A stretch of DNA of 64,000 bases, taken from an uncultured Pseudomonadota bacterium (GTDB taxonomy: Bacteria; Pseudomonadota; Alphaproteobacteria; Rs-D84; CACZYB01). The stretch covers positions 64,001 through 128,000 of the forward strand of contig CACZYB010000002.1 in assembly GCA_902785275.1 (NCBI GenBank), given 5' to 3'. The notes under the pieces were generated by a model. It worked only from the letters and a program-made list of their open reading frames with translations, made no database searches and was not told where the DNA came from. Shown here piece after piece: positions 36,491 to 46,183 of this stretch (its first letter is position 1; every line of letters begins with the position of its first letter). The translations under genes and the position numbers were made by a program.

Positions 36491-38545
36491 ATGAGAAAGC
36501 TTATAACTTATTGCTCTTTGTTTATTTTGACAGGTTGTCTAACAAGTGGTGGCTCAGGTTCATACCGTTCATCAGTAAAAACAAAAACAGGTGGAAAAAA
36601 AACTGAAAAAAAGGAAAATCCAAGGAAAAAATCTGACGATGTTTCTACATCATCTACTCTTAAATACTTATCCAGAGCAGAAACAGTAAAGGATAAGGTC
36701 TTAGAAACAAATAGTAAAGCAATAAAAAAATCATTCGAAACTTATAATAGAAACGTAACAACGGTTGATGATAAACTAACTGTGAATGAGGCAAATCTTG
36801 CAAAGGCAGACGAATATTTGATTGCTTCTACCCGTACGGAAAATCCAATAGATATCTCCAGTATGATTAGCACAATTACTTCTTTGCAAAGTGATTATAT
36901 TGAATATACTGCATATAAAAGTGCTTATGATAGTTTGAATCACGTTCTTAAAACTTCGGCTGACTTTACAAATGCGAACGAATATGCAAACTATCTTCAA
37001 TCAAATGCTGAAAGCGGAATTTTAAAAGAACAAAAAGTTTCAACTGTTCGTGAAGTTGATGATGCTGTATACATCGCAAAAATTGAAAAGGCATACTTTG
37101 ATTATTTAAAGAAACATATTTCTGGTCTAACATCTGTTGACTATACTGCATATTCTTCAGCAGATGGTTCTTCTGCTGCATATACAGATTTGATGACAAA
37201 TTTAGCAGCACAAGTTGAAACACAAAAATCTTCAATGGATACAAAAAAAGATGCTGTTATAAGTGATTTAAAAGCTCTTGATCCTTCTGTTAATGAATTG
37301 CCATTAACAATTAATGACGTTGTAAAATATTGGAGAACACAACAAAAAATCCTTATCGCAATTCAAAATACAAAATACCTTCCTGATGTTTCAACAAAAA
37401 CTGATGATATGAAGAGTGTTGCATTAAACGAAGATTTGAATACTGTAAATATAAAATATGTTTATAACAAAGGATTAGAAGATTACACACTTGATGCGGG
37501 AAAGGCAAATGGCGAAACTTTGTCATTTAAGGCAAGTGATTTTGAAAAGGATACAATAACTCGTTCATATGTCGCAAAAAAGGCTTCTGATGAAGAAACT
37601 ATTGAAAATGCTATAACATTCCTTCCAAATCTTTGGGCTTATTTGAATAATGGTGGAAAAACAGATTCCGAATTCAAAAAAAGAAAAGATTATGCTCAAA
37701 CTGTTTTTGTTAAAGTAAAAAATGGAACTGCAACAGTTGGAGAAAAAGCTGACTTTGAAAATTGGGTAAAGGATCCAAATACAGGTATATCTTTTATAAA
37801 TATAGAAAACCTTTCAAATGTTTCATCTGATGATTATAAAAACTGGAATATTGCAAACATAATTTTAAAGTCCGCAAAAGATGTTGATTTTACTTTAACA
37901 AAAAAGGAAACAAAAACAGATACTGTTTACCTTGGTGGTGCTTATACTGGTTTGACATTCTCTGACTACGGAATTTGGCAAACAAAGGCTTCTAGTTATT
38001 ATACAGGAAATAAAACATTGCTTTCATACTTAAGTTCAACTTCTGCAAAGTCAGTTAACGTAGTAGGTAATTATATGTTTTACAGTGGTCTTGAAAGCTT
38101 TAAACAAGCATATCCTGCAAATCAAACAAGAGGTTCTGTATCATTTGTTGGTAATACACTTGCTTATGCGGATTTGGTTGGAACTTCGGGTGAAAGAATA
38201 AGTAAGCAATTAATTGGTGCAGCAAAGCTTTCTATTTCACCTGCATCTGTTGCTGACTTAACACTTGGGTTTGAAGGTTGGTATGGATTTACTATTGAAG
38301 GAATTGATGTTTCAACACCAGATTTCTCATCAGAAAATCCTGCAAAGATAACAACAAGTTGTGCTTCATGTGGTTGGGTAAAGTCTCCAACATTCACATC
38401 AAAAGTTTTCGGTTCACAATACGGACTTGATGCAGAAAAACCTACCGAAGCTGTTGGTGCATATAAGATTGAAACAAATGATGTTGCAGATCCATCAAAG
38501 TACACAAAAGTTATAATCAAAGGTGCCTTTGGTGTAAAAGAATAA
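36491..38545 (+). CDS. Surface lipoprotein with TbpB/HphA-like C-terminal beta-barrel
   Basis: Lipobox LTG-C then a G/S linker; FSDYGIW; SQYG...EAVGAY...KGAFGVKE C-terminus. Confidence 0.65.
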   Translation: MRKLITYCSLFILTGCLTSGGSGSYRSSVKTKTGGKKTEKKENPRKKSDDVSTSSTLKYLSRAETVKDKVLETNSKAIKKSFETYNRNVTTVDDKLTVNEANLAKADEYLIASTRTENPIDISSMISTITSLQSDYIEYTAYKSAYDSLNHVLKTSADFTNANEYANYLQSNAESGILKEQKVSTVREVDDAVYIAKIEKAYFDYLKKHISGLTSVDYTAYSSADGSSAAYTDLMTNLAAQVETQKSSMDTKKDAVISDLKALDPSVNELPLTINDVVKYWRTQQKILIAIQNTKYLPDVSTKTDDMKSVALNEDLNTVNIKYVYNKGLEDYTLDAGKANGETLSFKASDFEKDTITRSYVAKKASDEETIENAITFLPNLWAYLNNGGKTDSEFKKRKDYAQTVFVKVKNGTATVGEKADFENWVKDPNTGISFINIENLSNVSSDDYKNWNIANIILKSAKDVDFTLTKKETKTDTVYLGGAYTGLTFSDYGIWQTKASSYYTGNKTLLSYLSSTSAKSVNVVGNYMFYSGLESFKQAYPANQTRGSVSFVGNTLAYADLVGTSGERISKQLIGAAKLSISPASVADLTLGFEGWYGFTIEGIDVSTPDFSSENPAKITTSCASCGWVKSPTFTSKVFGSQYGLDAEKPTEAVGAYKIETNDVADPSKYTKVIIKGAFGVKE

Positions 38546-38552
38546 AAATTTC

Positions 38553-38611
38553 TTGAAATTAAAAAAAATCAAATGTACAATCCCGTGCTATATCTAATCA
38601 AAATATAGCAC
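38553..38611 (+). promoter_or_regulatory. Putative promoter of the MATE gene with overlapping inverted repeat
   Basis: TTGAAA-17 bp-TACAAT (38553-38581) followed by GTGCTATAT-N9-ATATAGCAC (38585-38611). Confidence 0.5.
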
Positions 38612-38628
38612 TTTTTACGAGGTTTAAA

Positions 38629-40008
38629 ATGGAAAATGAATTGGCTACAAAGCCGATAAAGAATTTAATTATCAAATTTGCCTTACCATCAATCATCGCA
38701 TTTTTGGTAAGTTCTCTATATAATATGGTGGACCAAATTTTTGTTGGTAACTATGCCGGATATTTGGGTAACGCTGCAACATCAATTATATTTCCAATTT
38801 TTATTTTTGGTATGGCTGTTGCAAGCTGTATCTCGGATGGTGGTGTAGCATACTTCTCTCTCCAACTTGGTGCTGGACACAGAAAAATTGCAGAAAAGAT
38901 TTTCGGTAATGTATTAAGTTTATTAATAGTATTTCCAATACTTATCACAACACTTTCTTACATATTTATTGACGATATGTTGGTATTTTTCGGTGCAACA
39001 CCGGAAATTTTTCCACTTGCAAAAACCTATGCTCAGATTATGTTTGTTGGTACACCTGTATTCTTGCTCGGTATGGGATTAAATGCATTTATCCGTGCAG
39101 ATGGAAGTCCAAAGTACGCAATGATTTCTATGCTTATTGGTGCAATATTAAACCTTATTCTTGACCCAATATTTATATTTTGGTTTGATTGGGGAATTGC
39201 AGGTGCGGCCTGGGCCACAGTTGTATCAGAAATATTTTCATTTATTTGGGCAATATCATATTTGCCACAATTCAAATCTATGAAAATAAAGATTACAAGT
39301 CTTAAATTAAGCTTTCCAATAATACGTAAAATTTTCATTTACGGAATGTCAAACTTCTTTATTTCATCAGCAATCACATTTGTTGTAATTGCATATAACA
39401 ACAGTCTTAAAAAATACGGTGCCGAAAGTATTTACGGAAGCAACATTCCACTTTCCGCCTATGCCTTGACCGCAAAGGTAAACCAAATCTTTATGTCATT
39501 TATGATTGGTTTGGGTATCGGACTTCAGCCAATTGTTGGTTTTAACTATGGCGCAAGAAATTATAAAAGGGTAAAGGAAACATTTAAAAAAACTATTTAT
39601 ATTGCTGTGACAATAGGACTTGTATTTTCAGTATTGTTACAGTCATTCCCATACATATTTATACGTATGTTTGGAAGTGGCTCTCAACTTTATTATGACT
39701 TTGCAAGTATGTCATTCAGAATAATCTTTACTGGCCAAATCTTTATAGCAATAGGTATCATCACAAGTAACTTTTTCCGTGCAATAGGAAGACCTTGGAT
39801 GTCTGTATTTTCTGCGGGATCAAGATTTACTGTATTCTTCATTCCAACAATATACTTTCTTCCAAAATTATTGGGAATAAAGGGTGTATTGTGGGTAACA
39901 CCAGTTGCTGAGCTTTTATCGGCAAGCTTCTCATTATGGCTTATCTCTATGGAAATGAAAAAGCTTAAAAAATTGATTAAAAACGAGGAAAAACGAAAAG
40001 CGGTTTAG
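38629..40008 (+). CDS. MATE-family efflux transporter (MepA-like)
   Basis: FALPSII..LYNMVDQIFVG, FIRADGSP, LNLILDPIF..GIAGAAWAT, QPIVGFNYGA. Confidence 0.95.
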   Translation: MENELATKPIKNLIIKFALPSIIAFLVSSLYNMVDQIFVGNYAGYLGNAATSIIFPIFIFGMAVASCISDGGVAYFSLQLGAGHRKIAEKIFGNVLSLLIVFPILITTLSYIFIDDMLVFFGATPEIFPLAKTYAQIMFVGTPVFLLGMGLNAFIRADGSPKYAMISMLIGAILNLILDPIFIFWFDWGIAGAAWATVVSEIFSFIWAISYLPQFKSMKIKITSLKLSFPIIRKIFIYGMSNFFISSAITFVVIAYNNSLKKYGAESIYGSNIPLSAYALTAKVNQIFMSFMIGLGIGLQPIVGFNYGARNYKRVKETFKKTIYIAVTIGLVFSVLLQSFPYIFIRMFGSGSQLYYDFASMSFRIIFTGQIFIAIGIITSNFFRAIGRPWMSVFSAGSRFTVFFIPTIYFLPKLLGIKGVLWVTPVAELLSASFSLWLISMEMKKLKKLIKNEEKRKAV

Positions 40009-40016
40009 TTACTTAA

Positions 40017-41063
40017 CTAATCCTTTTCGAAAAGACAAACCAGTTCCAAATGCTTTGTGTTTGGGAATTGGTCGACTGGTGTAATTTCCTTTAATTTATA
40101 TCCACCGTCGATAAGTATCTTTGCATCAGTCTTAAATGCCAATGGGTTACACGAAACATAGATTACTGTTTTAACCTTGCTTTTTGCAATTTCTTGGGAT
40201 TGTCTTTTTGCACCATCACGTGGTGGATCAAGAACTATTAAATCAAGTTCATCAAGTTTTTCAGACTTTAGCGGATGTGCAAACAAATCAACACTTTTTG
40301 CATCAATATTAAAGTGGTATGAGTGAGCAATTCTTTTAAGTTGCTTTATTGCATCATCATCACAATCTACCGCAAAAATTTCATCCGAAAAATCCTTTAA
40401 ATAAAAAGAAAAAAGTCCAAGTCCACAGAAAAAATCAGCAACTTTTTTATAATGCTTTTCTCCAATCCACGATTTCACAATATCAACAATTTTACTTTCT
40501 GATTCCTTTGCTGGTTGTAAAAAAGTTTTTGGAGGATAGGGGATTTTAACGCCATTAAATAAAACCAATGGCTCCTCACGCTTATAAAGCTCCTCTGTCC
40601 CACTTGTAAGGCGAAGTATGTTATGTGCTTCACAAAATTCTTTTATCTTTTGCTTATCAAGAAGCATAATGTTTATATTTTCGAAATGAATAGTTAGACC
40701 GTTGTCAACCTTTACTACAACAATACTTCCATCACTTCTTTTCACAAAAGATTTAAAAAGTTTACGTAAAGGAAGAATAAGTGCATTTATTTCTGGCAAA
40801 AGCAACGGGCATTTTTGCAATCCAACAACTTCGTTTGAACGAGCCTTGAAAAAGCCAATGTTGCAACCGTAATCAATTTTAAAGGTTGCCTTTCTCCTTA
40901 TCCCTGCATCAAAGGTAATAACAGAATTAAGTTTATCATAGCTAAGTCCAGCCAAAATTTCCTTTAACGAAGATATTTTTTGTGCCTTATATTCTTCCAA
41001 ATTCACACCTTGAATTTGGCATCCGCCACAAAGTCCAAAATACATACATTTTTTTTCTATCAT
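40017..41063 (-). CDS. RNA (uracil-5)-methyltransferase, RlmD/RumA (TrmA) family, no TRAM domain
   Basis: CMYFGLCGGC Fe-S motif, FLQ, DFFCGLG, DPPRDG, YVSCNP, DQFPNTKHLE. Confidence 0.9.
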   Translation of the reverse strand: MIEKKCMYFGLCGGCQIQGVNLEEYKAQKISSLKEILAGLSYDKLNSVITFDAGIRRKATFKIDYGCNIGFFKARSNEVVGLQKCPLLLPEINALILPLRKLFKSFVKRSDGSIVVVKVDNGLTIHFENINIMLLDKQKIKEFCEAHNILRLTSGTEELYKREEPLVLFNGVKIPYPPKTFLQPAKESESKIVDIVKSWIGEKHYKKVADFFCGLGLFSFYLKDFSDEIFAVDCDDDAIKQLKRIAHSYHFNIDAKSVDLFAHPLKSEKLDELDLIVLDPPRDGAKRQSQEIAKSKVKTVIYVSCNPLAFKTDAKILIDGGYKLKEITPVDQFPNTKHLELVCLFEKD

Positions 41064-41283
41064 AATAAATAATATTATTGCTATTTTTTGCGAAATATCA
41101 AGTATAATCTGGAAAAACAGGAATTTGTTCTTTCAAATAATTCTTGAGTTATAATTCAAAAGATTTATAATTTAACCTGTTAATATGGTTTAGGAACAAA
41201 GATTTTTAAATTTATTTTTTGGCTTGTTTGTCTTTTACTTCCAGCATATTTTCGTATTATTAACTTTAATTATGAGGACATTA

Positions 41284-41484
41284 ATGACAAAAGGTACAGT
41301 AAAATGGTTTAATTCAAAAAAAGGCTACGGCTTCATTCAACCAGATGATGGATCAAAGGATGTATTTGTTCATATCACTGCGGTAAAGGCTGCCGGTATT
41401 TTTTTAAACGAAGGAACAAGGCTGGAATTCGAAATTGTTTCGGATAATGGCAAACAATCCGCCGGAAAACTTAAACAAATATAA
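41284..41484 (+). CDS. Cold-shock protein
   Basis: [22 protein letters not shown] (RNP1/RNP2); GAGGA RBS before ATG 41284. Confidence 0.95.
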   Translation: MTKGTVKWFNSKKGYGFIQPDDGSKDVFVHITAVKAAGIFLNEGTRLEFEIVSDNGKQSAGKLKQI

Positions 41485-41485
41485 T

Positions 41486-41510
41486 AAAAGCCTCCATTCG
41501 GGGGCTTTTT
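41486..41510. terminator. Bidirectional intrinsic terminator
   Basis: AAAAGCCTCC-attc-GGGGGCTTTTT. Confidence 0.8.
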
Positions 41511-41533
41511 AATTTTCCTTTTTCGTTAGTGAA

Positions 41534-44353
41534 TTAGTGTGCATCGGTCCAATTATCGGCAACCCCAACCTCAACAATCAATGGAACAGAAAGATGTTCA
41601 ATATTTTCCATTGTGTTTTTGATTATATCCTTTGCCAAATCAACTTTATCTTCCTTTACTTCGAAAATAAGTTCGTCGTGCACCTGTAAAAGCATACGAA
41701 TATCATCAGTAAGATTTTGTTCCTTTAAAATTTCACGAATTTTTATCATCGCTTTTTTAAGTATATCTGCACCGGTACCCTGACAAGGAGCATTTATCGC
41801 CGCACGTTCGGCATATGCTTTAAGTCTTGGATTATTGATATTTGAAATGAAAAGCTTTCTGCCATAAAGTGTTTCAACATATCCATTTTTATGTGCAAAA
41901 TCTTTTGTCTTTTCCATATATTCAAGTATTTCAGGATATATCTTAAAATAGTTTTCGATATATTCTTTTGCTTCTGTCTGAGATATATCAAGTTGCTTTG
42001 CAAGACCAAAAGCTGAAATTCCATAAATGATACCGAAATTAATTGCCTTTGCTTTACGTCTTATATCAGATGTCATTTCATTTTCTGGAACATTAAATAT
42101 TTGAGAGGCAGTCCTTGTATGAATATCAACACCATCCAAAAATGCTTTCTCCAAATTCTTAACATTCGCAAGTGATGCCATAAGTCTTAGTTCTATTTGA
42201 GAGTAATCTGCAGATAAAAGTTTGTACCCATTCTTTGCAACAAACGTTGAACGAATATCCTTTCCCAAATCTGAACGTACAGGAATATTTTGAAGATTAG
42301 GATCATTCGATGAAAGACGTCCGGTCGAAGTTCCACATTGAAAATAGTTTGTGTGAACACGTCCATCCCTTGGCAAAACCTGTTCTACCAAAGCATCGGC
42401 ATATGTACTTTTAAGTTTTGCAAGTTCCCTGTATTTCAAAACCTTTTCTGCAATTTCATAACCTTGATATGAAAGTTGTTTTAATATTTCCACATCGGTT
42501 GAATAAGTTTTTTTATTTTTCTCTGGATATGGAATTGCCAATTTTTCAAACAAAACATCGGCTAATTGCTTTGGTGAAAGGATGTTAAATTCCATTCCTG
42601 CCAACGCATAAATTTCTTTTGAAAGGTCATTAAGTATTTGCCCAAAACTAAAACTTAAACTTTTAAGTTTTTCTGTATCAACACAAACGCCCAATTCTTC
42701 CATTTCAAAAAGATTGTAAACAAGTGGTAAATCAATATTTTTATAAATTTCTTCACAACCTTCTTTTTCGATTCTTTCTTTGAATAGGTTATAAAGTCGC
42801 AATGTTACATCGGCATCTTCTGCAGCATAATCTAAAGCCTTATCAAACGCAACTTCGGCAAATGAAATTTGAGCCTTTCCTGTACCACAAACATCGGTGT
42901 AATGTATTGTTGTATAGCCAAGATGAATGTTTGCAAGTTCATCCATATTGTGAAGATTTTTTGTTGTATCTAAAACATAGCTCATAATCATAGTATCTTC
43001 CACAGGATAAACATTTACGCCAAGACGTTTGAATATGTGCATATCATATTTTATGTTATGACCAACTTTTTTAATCTTTGGATTTTCAAGTAATGGTTTT
43101 ATATGTTTTACCAACTCATCTACAGGAATTTGTTTTTCCTGTAAAACATCTTTGCCGTCATTAAATAAATCGGCACCATCGAAAACTTTTTTAATGTGAT
43201 GTATAGGAATGTAGCAAGCCTTTCCTTCTTCTGTTGCAATACTCATACCGACAATATCTGCATCCAAACTGTTAAGTCCAGTTGTTTCTGTATCAACGGC
43301 AAATACACCTTTTTCTTCGCAATCCTTAATCCATTTATCAAGAGTTTCAATATCTTGAACAAGCTCGTATCTCTTTTCAACTTGTTTCACAGGTTTTCTT
43401 TCGTAAACATTATTTTCAATAGTTGTTTGAGAAGTTTGTTCTGTTTGATTAGTTGGAACAAAGTTTTCATCAAAAATTTTATTCACACTATCGATGAAAT
43501 TGTTTGCCTTTGTAACCAAAGATTTAAATTCCATTTCTTCCAAAAACTTCATAACTCTATCTTTTTCAACAGGGCAGTTCACAATAGATGACAATGGAAA
43601 TTCAACAGGTACATCGCGTTTAAGTGTAGCAAGTTGTTTTGAAATTCTTGCATCTTCGGCGCCTTCCATAATCATTTTACGGCGTTTATCTTGCTTAATA
43701 TTTTTTGCATTTACAATAAGGTTTTCAATGTTTCCATATTTAGTAATAAGTTCCGCAGCAGTCTTTGGCCCAATACCCCTTATCCCAGGAATGTTATCAA
43801 CGCTATCACCTATTAAGGCTTGAACTTCTACCACCTTTGATGGTTCAACACCAAATTTTTGAAGTACAGCTTCTTCATCAATATCTTTGTTTTTAAGAGG
43901 GTCGTGAATACGAATATTTGGTGTCATAAGTTGCATTAAATCCTTATCCGAAGAATATATCACAACTTTATCTCCATTTGCCTCTGCCTGTGTTGCATAG
44001 GTCGCAATCAAATCATCCGCTTCAAAGTTTGTCTGTTCAATTGATGCAATATTAAATGCTTCAACAGCCTTTCTTATATATGCAAATTGAGGGATAAGTT
44101 CTTCCGGAGTTTCGGATCTATTTGCCTTATATTCAGGATAAATTTCATTTCTGAAATTCTTTCGAGCCTTATCAAAAATAACGGCAATAATTTCATTTGG
44201 ATTATGTCTTTCATTTAAAAGTTTCAAAAGCATATTGCAAAAACCATACACCGCACCAACAGGAAGATTATCACTTCTTGAAATTGGAGGTAAGGCATAA
44301 AATGCCCTAAAAATATAGCCTGAACCATCAACAAGTATGTATTTTTTTTGCAT
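41534..44353 (-). CDS. polA: DNA polymerase I
   Basis: 5'-3' exo LVDGSGYIFRAFYA; 3'-5' exo DTETT and YAAEDAD; polymerase DYSQIELR, KAINFGIIYG, QVHDEL. Confidence 0.98.
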   Translation of the reverse strand: MQKKYILVDGSGYIFRAFYALPPISRSDNLPVGAVYGFCNMLLKLLNERHNPNEIIAVIFDKARKNFRNEIYPEYKANRSETPEELIPQFAYIRKAVEAFNIASIEQTNFEADDLIATYATQAEANGDKVVIYSSDKDLMQLMTPNIRIHDPLKNKDIDEEAVLQKFGVEPSKVVEVQALIGDSVDNIPGIRGIGPKTAAELITKYGNIENLIVNAKNIKQDKRRKMIMEGAEDARISKQLATLKRDVPVEFPLSSIVNCPVEKDRVMKFLEEMEFKSLVTKANNFIDSVNKIFDENFVPTNQTEQTSQTTIENNVYERKPVKQVEKRYELVQDIETLDKWIKDCEEKGVFAVDTETTGLNSLDADIVGMSIATEEGKACYIPIHHIKKVFDGADLFNDGKDVLQEKQIPVDELVKHIKPLLENPKIKKVGHNIKYDMHIFKRLGVNVYPVEDTMIMSYVLDTTKNLHNMDELANIHLGYTTIHYTDVCGTGKAQISFAEVAFDKALDYAAEDADVTLRLYNLFKERIEKEGCEEIYKNIDLPLVYNLFEMEELGVCVDTEKLKSLSFSFGQILNDLSKEIYALAGMEFNILSPKQLADVLFEKLAIPYPEKNKKTYSTDVEILKQLSYQGYEIAEKVLKYRELAKLKSTYADALVEQVLPRDGRVHTNYFQCGTSTGRLSSNDPNLQNIPVRSDLGKDIRSTFVAKNGYKLLSADYSQIELRLMASLANVKNLEKAFLDGVDIHTRTASQIFNVPENEMTSDIRRKAKAINFGIIYGISAFGLAKQLDISQTEAKEYIENYFKIYPEILEYMEKTKDFAHKNGYVETLYGRKLFISNINNPRLKAYAERAAINAPCQGTGADILKKAMIKIREILKEQNLTDDIRMLLQVHDELIFEVKEDKVDLAKDIIKNTMENIEHLSVPLIVEVGVADNWTDAH

Positions 44354-44375
44354 AACTTTCTCCTTTTATTAACAA

Positions 44376-45305
44376 TTATTTTTTAAATTCCAAACCAATA
44401 TCTGTGAAAAATTCTGGACTGTCACGCCAATTTTCTTTTACCTTTACAAACAAGAAAAGATTAACTTTTTTACCAACAACAAATTCCATTTCTTTTCTTG
44501 CTCTTGTACCAATAGCTTTTATTTTTGAACCTCTTTCACCAATGATTATAGATTTATGGTTTTCCGAGCTTGTATAAATAGTTTGCTTTACAGTAAAGGC
44601 ATCCTTTTCTTCATCAATATTTTCTGTCTTTATTGATATTGCATAAGGAAGTTCCTGATGTAAAAGTTCGTAAACTTTTTCACGGGTAATTTCCGAAAGT
44701 CTAAGCTCTAATGGCAAATCACTTTTTATATCACTATCGAAATAAAATGGTGATTCTGGCATCTGGTCTTTTACCCAAGAAATAAGGTCATTAACACCGT
44801 CATTGTTAAGTGCGGAAATCATAAAAATTTCCTTAAATAAATTTGGTGCAACTTCCATAACTTTTGCAGTTAGCTTCAAAAGATCCTCTTTTTTAAGCAA
44901 GTCAACCTTGTTAAGACAAAGAGAAATAGGAGTTTGAACAGTTCTTAATTTCTTAACAATGTTATTGAATGTTTCGGTAATCCCCTTTGATGCATCAAGC
45001 AAAAATACAATACAGTCACTATCATTCATTGCGGACCAAGCTGATGAAACCATTGCCTTATCAAACTTTCCCTTTGGATTAAAGATTCCAGGTGTGTCAA
45101 TAAATACCATCTGTACATTATCTTCGGTTTTTATACCACGAATTTGATTACGTGTAGTTTGTACCTTGTGCGAAGTGATTGAAACCTTTGTTGCCAAGAT
45201 TGTATTTAAAAGTGTCGATTTACCACTATTTGTCGCGCCAATAAGTGCAACAAAACCACATTTTGTATTAGAGTAATTTTTTAAATCTTTCTCATTCTTT
45301 TGCAT
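44376..45305 (-). CDS. era: GTPase Era
   Basis: GATNSGKST, QTTR, DTPG, NKVD, QELPY, KH domain IIGERG. Confidence 0.96.
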   Translation of the reverse strand: MQKNEKDLKNYSNTKCGFVALIGATNSGKSTLLNTILATKVSITSHKVQTTRNQIRGIKTEDNVQMVFIDTPGIFNPKGKFDKAMVSSAWSAMNDSDCIVFLLDASKGITETFNNIVKKLRTVQTPISLCLNKVDLLKKEDLLKLTAKVMEVAPNLFKEIFMISALNNDGVNDLISWVKDQMPESPFYFDSDIKSDLPLELRLSEITREKVYELLHQELPYAISIKTENIDEEKDAFTVKQTIYTSSENHKSIIIGERGSKIKAIGTRARKEMEFVVGKKVNLFLFVKVKENWRDSPEFFTDIGLEFKK

Positions 45306-46116
45306 TTCTTTCTCTTTCTTTTTGGTCTTCTATTTCTATTTTTTCATTTACGGATTTTACAAATTCTTCTATTTGTTTTAAAATCCCAAACTGTTCCCAT
45401 AGATTAAGTATAACAAATCTTCCGCGACATGCCATAATTTTGTTATACTCAGCTATAAATTTTCTTTTACTAAGGTAAAAAGTCTTGTCAAAATTGGCAA
45501 TACAAACAGTCAAAGCAGTTTCATCAATGTTGTTATTGAAATTTTCCGCACATAAATGAAAATACCTAAGAATTCTAAGTGGATCAATATCAACACTTTC
45601 CAATGGATTACCAATAAATTTGACAACACCATTTTTTATATCTTCTATACCATTATATGGATCAATAATTTCAGCATTCGGACTTACATATATCGCATTA
45701 CAGGTAAAATCACGTCTTTTTGCATCGATTACCGGATCCTTTACGTATTTTACAGTAGGGAACCTGGAGTAAAGTTTTTTTCTTACCTTATCATTCTTCA
45801 TGTCTTTTGAATTTTTCTCTACGGTCTTTTCATACGTATCTTGCCTAAAGGTTGTAATTTCATATTTTTCATTATCCCAAAAGGTCCTTACCGTACCAAA
45901 ATTAAGCCCAGGTGAATCTTCCCTTAAATTATTTTCACGAAGAAGATTTATTACATTCTGTGGAAGCATACTTGTCGCCAAATCAATATCAGTTGATTCT
46001 TTTCCAACAAAGTGGTCACGAACAGCCCCGCCAACGACATAAATCTGTTCCCCGCTTTTTAAAAACAAGTTGAATAATTTTTGCAAATACATATTTTGTA
46101 AAAATTTAAAATTCAT
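45292..46116 (-). CDS. cca: tRNA nucleotidyltransferase (CCA-adding class II), unusually short
   Basis: VGGAVRD, DIDLAT, EITTFR, RRDFTCNA, DPLRILRYF. Confidence 0.85.
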   Translation of the reverse strand: MNFKFLQNMYLQKLFNLFLKSGEQIYVVGGAVRDHFVGKESTDIDLATSMLPQNVINLLRENNLREDSPGLNFGTVRTFWDNEKYEITTFRQDTYEKTVEKNSKDMKNDKVRKKLYSRFPTVKYVKDPVIDAKRRDFTCNAIYVSPNAEIIDPYNGIEDIKNGVVKFIGNPLESVDIDPLRILRYFHLCAENFNNNIDETALTVCIANFDKTFYLSKRKFIAEYNKIMACRGRFVILNLWEQFGILKQIEEFVKSVNEKIEIEDQKERERNAKE

Positions 46117-46183
46117 TTTTTAAATCCTTGCATCTTTTTTGATTATAGTATAACATACAAAATCAATATAGGGGAGTTTTTTT

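Noticed and set aside
38585-38611. CIRCE element (9-9-9 inverted repeat)
   Set aside because: The arms do not match TTAGCACTC-N9-GAGTGCTAA and the downstream gene is not a chaperone
41224-41283. Extended N-terminus of the cold-shock protein
   Set aside because: The family length (~66-70 aa) and the GAGGA RBS indicate ATG 41284
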